From IMG/VR virus record IMGVR_UViG_3300044846_004207, positions 1 through 54,330 of that record: a stretch of 54,330 bases of DNA; one strand, 5' to 3'. How positions within the stretch are numbered: the stretch's first letter is position 1; the number at the start of each line of letters is the position of its first letter. Source of the stretch: a virus. Lineage: Duplodnaviria > Caudoviricetes. Below the pieces are notes generated by a model. That model worked only from the letters and a program-made list of their open reading frames with translations. It did no database searches and was not told the DNA's origin. Shown here piece by piece: positions 48,480 to 54,330 of this stretch. A program made the position numbers and the translations under genes.

Positions 48480-50528
48480 ATGATTGATTCAGCAGACAGT
48501 AACGAAAAATCAAAAAACAAATCTCAGTCAAACAACTCAACAAAAACACCCGTTTTGGATAATTTTTCTAGAGATTTAATAAAATTAGCAGAGGAAGGAA
48601 AATTAGATCCGATTGTTGGTAGAGAAAATGAAATTAATAGAATTGCACAAATTTTATCAAGAAGAAAAAAGAACAATCCAATTGTTCTTGGTGAACCAGG
48701 ATGTGGAAAAACGGCAATTATAGAAGGACTTGCAAAAAAAATATTTGAAGGTGATTGTCCACAAATATTATCAAATAAACGTATTGTTTCATTGGATATG
48801 ACTTCTGTTGTTGCGGGCACAAAATACAGAGGACAATTTGAAGAAAGAATGAAGGTAATAATGGAAGAACTTTACGCAAATCCTGACATTATTATTTTTA
48901 TCGATGAAATACATACTATGATTGGCGCAGGAAACGCATCAGGTACAATGGATGCGTCAAATATCTTTAAACCAGCACTTTCAAGAGGAGAATTACAATG
49001 TATTGGAGCAACAACTTTAGAGGAGTATAGAAAAAATATCGAAAAGGATGGTGCCCTTGAAAGAAGGTTTCAAAAGGTAATGGTTGACCCATCAACAAAA
49101 GAAGAAACACTTGAGATATTAACAAATTCCAAAGAAAGGTATGAGGATTATCATAAAGTAAAATATAGTGATGAAATCTTAAATCTGTGTGTTGAGTTAG
49201 CAGATAGATATATTACAGATAGGGAATTCCCCGATAAGGCTTTTGATATTATTGATGAGGTGGGTGCAAGATCTCAAGTAGAAATTAAACTTCCTGAAAT
49301 TATTGAAGATTTAAAAAAACAGGCAGAAGAAATTAAGAAAGAAAAAATTCGTGTTATCAATAGTCAAAAATACGAAGAAGCGGCAAACTTAAGAGATAAA
49401 GAAAGAAAAATATTAATTGAGTTAGAAAAAGAAAAGGAAGAGTTTGAAAAAACCAGGAATTTATTCAAAAGAGATGTAACAGAAGATATTGTATATGATG
49501 TTGTATCCCTTATGACAAAAATTCCAATAAATAAAATTTCCACAGATGAGTCTGAACAATTAAAAACATTAAAAGAGGTTCTTAATAAAAAAGTTATCGG
49601 ACAAGATGATGCGGTTTCAAAAATTGCAAGAGCGATTCAAAGAAACAAAGTCGGTTTAAATGATCCAAAAAAACCAATTTTTAGTGGATTACTTATTGGT
49701 AATTCAGGTGTTGGTAAAACGGAACTTGCAAAACAATTAGCAAAACATATGTTCAATACAGAGGATGCTCTTATAAGGTTAGATATGAGTGAATTTTCTG
49801 ACAAAATTTCAACATCTAAATTAACGGGAACATCTCCAGGTTATGTTGGTTATGATGACGGTTCACCATTTTTAAATAAAATTAAAAACAAACCGTACTC
49901 AGTTATTTTACTTGATGAAATAGAAAAAGCACATCCTGAAATTTTTAACGTGTTTTTACAAATGCTAGATGAAGGGTTTTTAACAGATGGACACGGAAGA
50001 AAAATTAATTTTAAAAATTGTATAATTTTAATGACATCTAATGTTGGTACAAGAGCAGTACAGCAATTTGGTACTGGTGTTGGATTTTCTACTTCAACAA
50101 AAATAGAACAAAAAGAAGAAGAAATTAAATCAGTTTTAGAAAAAGAACTTTTCAAAAGATTTGTACCTGAGTTTATTAATAGATTTGATGATATTGTATA
50201 CTTTAAAGATTTGGATGAAGATGATTTAATGAAAATTATTGATTTGGAACTTGAAAAAGTTTATGAAAGAGTTAGAAAAATTGAATTTGATGTTGAAGTG
50301 GATGAATCATTAAAGAAACATATAATATCAATTGGAACTGATACTAGGTTTGGTGCAAGGATTCTAAAAAGAACTGTACAAAAATGGGTAGACGATTTTA
50401 TAACAGATAAAATTTTATCGGATAACCCTGAAAAAGGTAGTAAATTTATTTTATCTTATAATCAAAAAACCGATAAAACCGATATTAAGATTAAAAAACC
50501 AACAAAAAGAAAAATAAAAACAGAATAG
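48480..50528 (+). CDS. ClpC-like AAA+ unfoldase lacking the N-terminal Clp repeat domain
   Basis: GEPGCGKT and GNSGVGKT Walker A motifs, FIDEIH and LDEIEKAH Walker B motifs, UVR-type YEEAANLRD, GVGF loop. Confidence 0.9.
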   Translation: MIDSADSNEKSKNKSQSNNSTKTPVLDNFSRDLIKLAEEGKLDPIVGRENEINRIAQILSRRKKNNPIVLGEPGCGKTAIIEGLAKKIFEGDCPQILSNKRIVSLDMTSVVAGTKYRGQFEERMKVIMEELYANPDIIIFIDEIHTMIGAGNASGTMDASNIFKPALSRGELQCIGATTLEEYRKNIEKDGALERRFQKVMVDPSTKEETLEILTNSKERYEDYHKVKYSDEILNLCVELADRYITDREFPDKAFDIIDEVGARSQVEIKLPEIIEDLKKQAEEIKKEKIRVINSQKYEEAANLRDKERKILIELEKEKEEFEKTRNLFKRDVTEDIVYDVVSLMTKIPINKISTDESEQLKTLKEVLNKKVIGQDDAVSKIARAIQRNKVGLNDPKKPIFSGLLIGNSGVGKTELAKQLAKHMFNTEDALIRLDMSEFSDKISTSKLTGTSPGYVGYDDGSPFLNKIKNKPYSVILLDEIEKAHPEIFNVFLQMLDEGFLTDGHGRKINFKNCIILMTSNVGTRAVQQFGTGVGFSTSTKIEQKEEEIKSVLEKELFKRFVPEFINRFDDIVYFKDLDEDDLMKIIDLELEKVYERVRKIEFDVEVDESLKKHIISIGTDTRFGARILKRTVQKWVDDFITDKILSDNPEKGSKFILSYNQKTDKTDIKIKKPTKRKIKTE

Positions 50529-50529
50529 T

Positions 50530-50560
50530 TTTGTTGTTAGTAAATTTTTATATATATTTG
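50530..50560 (+). promoter_or_regulatory. Bacteroidota primary-sigma promoter
   Basis: TTTG (50530) - 19 nt - TATATTTG (50553). Confidence 0.7.
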
Positions 50561-50574
50561 TAAGAAATATAACT

Positions 50575-51414
50575 GTGAAAAATTTAGAAAAATTCAAAGA
50601 ACTCCTTGCCGTACCTTCAAAGACATATCAAGAAGAAGATATGGTGGAGTATCTTTGTGACGAACTCGATACCATACCAAACGTTTCATACTACCGAGAT
50701 GAAATGATGAACATATATGTAACAAAGGGTGAATTAGAAGAAGGTGAATACTACCCAATGTTTATTGCCCATACGGACACCGTACATAATAAGGTAGATA
50801 AAATCATCGTTAAAGAAGAAAATTTAGTAAGACCCAACACTTTTGGAAAAACTTTTGACGACAAGAAAGTCCCATCTTTGAAAGCTTATTTAGAAGATGG
50901 GACACCTACAGGTATTGGTGGTGATGATAAATGTGGTATTTTTATTTGTTTGGAACTTTTAAAAAGTTTAGATAAAGTAAAGGTTGGTTTATTTGTTTCA
51001 GAAGAAACGGGGTGTCACGGTTCTTCAAAATGTGACGAATCGTTTTTACAAGATGTTGGTTATATTACCCAATATGATGCTCCAGGAAACCATTTAATTT
51101 CTGAAATTTGTTCGGGTGTTCGTTTATTTGATCGAGATAGTGAGTTTTTTGAAAAAACAATTAAAGTAATTGAGAATGGTTTTGGAAATGAAATGTTAAT
51201 TCAGTCACATCCATATACAGATGTTTCACAATTAAAAAAGAAAATTGATGTTTCTTGTATTAATATGTCCTGTGGATATTATAATATGCACTCAAAACAA
51301 GAATTCGTATCAATTGAAGATGTTGAAAAGGCAATAAATGTTGGAAAACTAATGGTTGAAAATCTTGGTTACAAAAAATATAAGTTTGATTATAAACCTA
51401 TTGTTTATAGATAA
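50575..51414 (+). CDS. M20/M28/M42-clan zinc peptidase
   Basis: AHTDTV, GGDDKCG, SEETG, YD, GYYNMHS metal ligands. Confidence 0.85.
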   Translation: MKNLEKFKELLAVPSKTYQEEDMVEYLCDELDTIPNVSYYRDEMMNIYVTKGELEEGEYYPMFIAHTDTVHNKVDKIIVKEENLVRPNTFGKTFDDKKVPSLKAYLEDGTPTGIGGDDKCGIFICLELLKSLDKVKVGLFVSEETGCHGSSKCDESFLQDVGYITQYDAPGNHLISEICSGVRLFDRDSEFFEKTIKVIENGFGNEMLIQSHPYTDVSQLKKKIDVSCINMSCGYYNMHSKQEFVSIEDVEKAINVGKLMVENLGYKKYKFDYKPIVYR

Positions 51415-51420
51415 TATAAA

Positions 51421-52575
51421 TTAAAGAACAGAGTCGGATAAGAATCTCAAAAAGTGTTCTCTAAATTCTTTTGGGTTCCACAAGGATTGTTGATATAATA
51501 AGTTATATAATGAGTCTATATCGGTAATACCTTTTTTTACATTCATATCCCAAGTTGTGTTTGATATAAGATATGTTACTTTTAAAGTATCCTTATCAAC
51601 ATCTTTGATTTGTATTTTGTATTTCCCATCTTTAGTAGGAATCCATATACCAAACCCCCCAAGTTTTAAAACTTTATCTATTGTCTCTAAATATTTTTTA
51701 CTATAGGTATCATCTTCAAGTAACGTTTCATATAATTTTTCTAAAACACTTGTAACTTCAGAGTCAAATACGTTATTAAAAGATTCTTGATTCCAATAAT
51801 TATACATCATTTCGTAGTAATTAGGTAAATGACTTACTTTTGTTTTTTTAATTCCTTCAAATAATAAATCTAATAAATTATCTTCAGGTGCACCAAATCT
51901 TGCAAACAGTAACATAGCATCACCCCATGCAAGTTCATATTTCCAAAAACAATATCTTTGTGAATACCTTTGAATTCCAATTTCACGTAATGAATCACAA
52001 TAAGTTTTTTCTATTGCTTTTTTAATTTCATCTTCACATGCCTCAGTATTTCCGTCAACATATGCGGATTCAATATCATCTCTTACATTTGGGAAACTTT
52101 CTAAAAAATTTGCAATTTCTTTATCTAACACTTCACCTTTTTTCTCACTATTAATTAAACTATAAAGTCTTGGTGAAACAATTTTAAATATTTTAGATAA
52201 AATTTCGTAATGTTCTTTTTTAAATGATCCCGTAATATAACCCTCTCCCCAATCTTCACTCGCCCTATCCCAATATTCATTTCTATAATCATAGTTTCCA
52301 CTATACATATATTCATAATTCATAGCATCGTACTCACCATCACTATATTCTGTACCATAATCATCAGGAAAAAAGAATTGAAGATATTCTTTTAAACCAT
52401 CAAAAGTAAAAACTAAACCATCTTGAGTTACTTCTATAATATTTGAAAAATCATCTCCATTTGAGTTATAAAACCCAACCTCCCCGTATGGTAATTTTTT
52501 CTTATTAATTAAAAGTATTTTTTTAAAATCAGTTAATTCTTCTTCTTGTTCAAGAATATATCTTTTTCTTCTCAT
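51421..52575 (-). CDS. Hypothetical acidic protein
   Basis: 384 aa ORF; late motif at 52579-52586; YILE leader. Confidence 0.7.
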   Translation of the reverse strand: MRRKRYILEQEEELTDFKKILLINKKKLPYGEVGFYNSNGDDFSNIIEVTQDGLVFTFDGLKEYLQFFFPDDYGTEYSDGEYDAMNYEYMYSGNYDYRNEYWDRASEDWGEGYITGSFKKEHYEILSKIFKIVSPRLYSLINSEKKGEVLDKEIANFLESFPNVRDDIESAYVDGNTEACEDEIKKAIEKTYCDSLREIGIQRYSQRYCFWKYELAWGDAMLLFARFGAPEDNLLDLLFEGIKKTKVSHLPNYYEMMYNYWNQESFNNVFDSEVTSVLEKLYETLLEDDTYSKKYLETIDKVLKLGGFGIWIPTKDGKYKIQIKDVDKDTLKVTYLISNTTWDMNVKKGITDIDSLYNLLYQQSLWNPKEFREHFLRFLSDSVL

Positions 52576-52587
52576 ATTTATAAATAT

Positions 52588-52619
52588 ATTGTTTAAATCA
52601 AATATTTGTTTTATATTTG
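52588..52619 (+). promoter_or_regulatory. Bacteroidota-type promoter for tmRNA
   Basis: ATTG - 20 nt - TATATTTG (52612). Confidence 0.65.
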
Positions 52620-52652
52620 TATAAGTTCTTTGAAAATAAAATTACGATATAG

Positions 52653-53047
52653 GGGCCTATATTGGAATTGACGGGCATTGGTTGAATAAAAGGAGCATGT
52701 CGGGACTGAATTAATCTCGTTAAAAACTGATTCACAATACAATTGGCAATGTGCTAAACAACCTTGAGACTTTGGGACTAATCTCAACTCAAGAAGTAAC
52801 TGTAGCTTAAGAAGTTTACGGATACGCGAGCCGGTTCACATACGCTCAGGAACAGGAGTGACTAAGGTGTGGTTTCTACCCGAAAAGAAACAAAACGGGT
52901 ATGGTTCCCCGAAAGAACTGTCACCGTTTTTTGATCGGTGTGAAAAATCAAATATTTTGGGGTATTAGAAAATACCAACCTAAGCATGTAGTCGTCTTTT
53001 AAACAAGATGAGCCGGACGAGGGAGTCGGAGCCCTCTAGGTCCACCA
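52653..53047 (+). ncRNA. ssrA: tmRNA
   Basis: Acceptor stem GGGCCTA/TAGGTCC with G3-U70 and ACCA end; T-stem GAGGG/CCCTC; pseudoknot cggga/tctcg + tgaatta/tgattca; gcatg helix; tag ORF 52745-52810. Confidence 0.92.
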
Positions 53048-53050
53048 ATT

Positions 53051-53083
53051 AAAAAAACCTCACCATTTATTTGGTGGGGTTTT
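53051..53083 (+). terminator. Intrinsic terminator after tmRNA
   Basis: aaaacctcacca-tttatt-tggtggggtttt followed by T-rich run. Confidence 0.8.
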
Positions 53084-53101
53084 ATTTTTTTATTATATTT
53101 G
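53070..53101 (+). promoter_or_regulatory. Bacteroidota primary-sigma promoter overlapping the tmRNA terminator
   Basis: TTTG (53070) - 20 nt - TATATTTG (53094), 4 nt before ATG 53106. Confidence 0.65.
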
Positions 53102-53105
53102 TGAT

Positions 53106-53603
53106 ATGCAAACATTTCTTCCGTATTCAGATTTCAGATTATCATTAGAATCCCTTGACAATAAGCGTCTTGGAAAACAACGTGTTGAATCTTATCAAAT
53201 AATTTCAGCAATTACAGGTAGATTAAGAAAAGATGGAAAACCATACAAAGGTTGGTTAAACCACCCTTGTTCAGTTATGTGGAGACCTTATGTGAATGCA
53301 CTTAAACAATATTACAACGATTCCATTGATGTATGGAAATCTCGTGGTTTTAAAAACACAATGGAATATGAGATAATTGAAGGTGATTTTATTTTACCTG
53401 AATGGTTGGGAATGGAAGAATTCCATTCCTCTCATAGAGCAAACCTTTTAAAAAAAGATTCTGAATATTATACAAAAAAAGGATGGACTGAAAATCCTGA
53501 TGACCCATACGTGTGGTTGGATGAATCAAAAAAATGGTATAAACAAATGGTTGGGAGTAAAGAAAGAATTTACTTTGTGCCTAATCAGACAATTGTGGTT
53601 TGA
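53106..53603 (+). CDS. Pyrimidine-dimer DNA glycosylase / DenV-like (MSMEG_6728 family)
   Basis: MQTFLPY, LDNKRLGKQRVE, W-NHP---MW, HSSHRANLL-KD. Confidence 0.85.
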   Translation: MQTFLPYSDFRLSLESLDNKRLGKQRVESYQIISAITGRLRKDGKPYKGWLNHPCSVMWRPYVNALKQYYNDSIDVWKSRGFKNTMEYEIIEGDFILPEWLGMEEFHSSHRANLLKKDSEYYTKKGWTENPDDPYVWLDESKKWYKQMVGSKERIYFVPNQTIVV

Positions 53604-53659
53604 TTAAAAGAGTAATGTTCTCCGACAAATGATGGTATTGGAAAATTTATTGGCATATC

Positions 53660-54330
53660 TTATAAATAATATAATATTTCAGCGGTTCCCAAAAATGTCG
53701 CTGAGTTGCTTAGTGGTGTTATACATACCCACATTTCGTCAAGTGTTCCGTTAACATTAGAACCAACCCTAATTTGATTATCATCCACTTTAATTGTTGT
53801 AAGTGCGGATGTTCCTGATTCACCAATTAATGATGTCATAATGTGTCCTGGTGATGTTATTGTTGTTGTAACAGTCCCGTTATATACCGAGTATTGAAAT
53901 GGTGAATTTGGTATGTCAGTCCAACTTGGAGTTGCAGATAATGTAGGGTTATATTCAATGGTTACTAAGTAATTATCATTTGAGGTGTTTAAAATGGATA
54001 AACTACTATATTGTGATGTCACTGATTTATAACTTTCTTTAAGCCTATAACCAATATACGGATATTTTGTACCTGAAGTTCCTAAATCTGCGGTTGTTGA
54101 GTTTATAACACCAATGGTTGAATAAAGTCCATTTAATGATCCTTCGGTTGATACTTGACTACATAACATATCAAAGTATCCTGAACCAACACCTACTTGT
54201 CTTATTTCGTACCTTATTGGTTGATTTGGTGATGACATATAAACGGTAGGTATATTGTTTGCTGCGGTATAATCTAAAAAATAAAATGTCTGTCCCGATA
54301 ATACCATTCCAAATCTCATTCTACCAACAC
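53660..54330 (-). CDS. Partial probable virion structural protein (5' end lies beyond the window)
   Basis: Frame open to the window edge (..VGRMRFG..), beta/Thr/Ser-rich. Confidence 0.55.
   Translation of the reverse strand, partial: VGRMRFGMVLSGQTFYFLDYTAANNIPTVYMSSPNQPIRYEIRQVGVGSGYFDMLCSQVSTEGSLNGLYSTIGVINSTTADLGTSGTKYPYIGYRLKESYKSVTSQYSSLSILNTSNDNYLVTIEYNPTLSATPSWTDIPNSPFQYSVYNGTVTTTITSPGHIMTSLIGESGTSALTTIKVDDNQIRVGSNVNGTLDEMWVCITPLSNSATFLGTAEILYYL

Noticed and set aside
1869-50155. Numerous 60-140 aa antisense or out-of-frame ORFs in the track (e.g. 1869-2297, 10041-10364, 40749-41039, 45675-45953)
   Set aside because: They overlap well-supported genes and show no motifs or translation signals.
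53015-53047. tRNA gene
   Set aside because: The tRNA-like 3' end pairs with a 5' end 395 nt upstream and has no anticodon arm; it is the tmRNA.
1-54330. Stop-codon reassignment as in some large phages
   Set aside because: Conserved genes are full length in code 11, and both TAG (37604, 50528) and TGA (1378, 3012) end genes at expected positions.

Overview
AT-rich, gene-dense segment of a large T4-like (jumbo-type) tailed phage genome, read in the standard genetic code. The host is almost certainly in the Bacteroidota: there are TTTG-N18-20-TAnnTTTG promoters, A-rich leaders without Shine-Dalgarno sites, signal peptides followed by Gln, a DUF4494-like gene and a T9SS-type C-terminal domain. 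From left to right the window holds: a PolB-type exonuclease and dUTPase; a ~15 kb glycan biosynthesis cluster (GT2/GT4/GT10/GT11/GT47/GT77-like transferases, four SAM methyltransferases, glf, gmd, fcl, a cytidylyltransferase) followed by phoH and two more GTs; a gp55-like late sigma factor; baseplate/structural and Cys-rich repeat proteins; a predicted T9SS cargo protein; an HNH endonuclease; the head module (major capsid, scaffold, prohead protease, portal, large terminase) with an inserted ribosomal protein bS21; a nucleotidyltransferase with a KTSC gene; four tandem genes sharing an identical MKRIIRLTESDLTRIIKRVISEK leader; and a ClpC-like ATPase / peptidase / tmRNA / DNA glycosylase block. 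The most notable candidates are a tmRNA with an atypical 21-codon tag near an N-domain-less ClpC, a bS21 with His at the Tyr54 position, a phage-encoded T9SS substrate, a shared putative capsid-targeting leader, and a TATTTAT(A) late-promoter motif. All family calls come from motif recognition by eye; no database searches were run.
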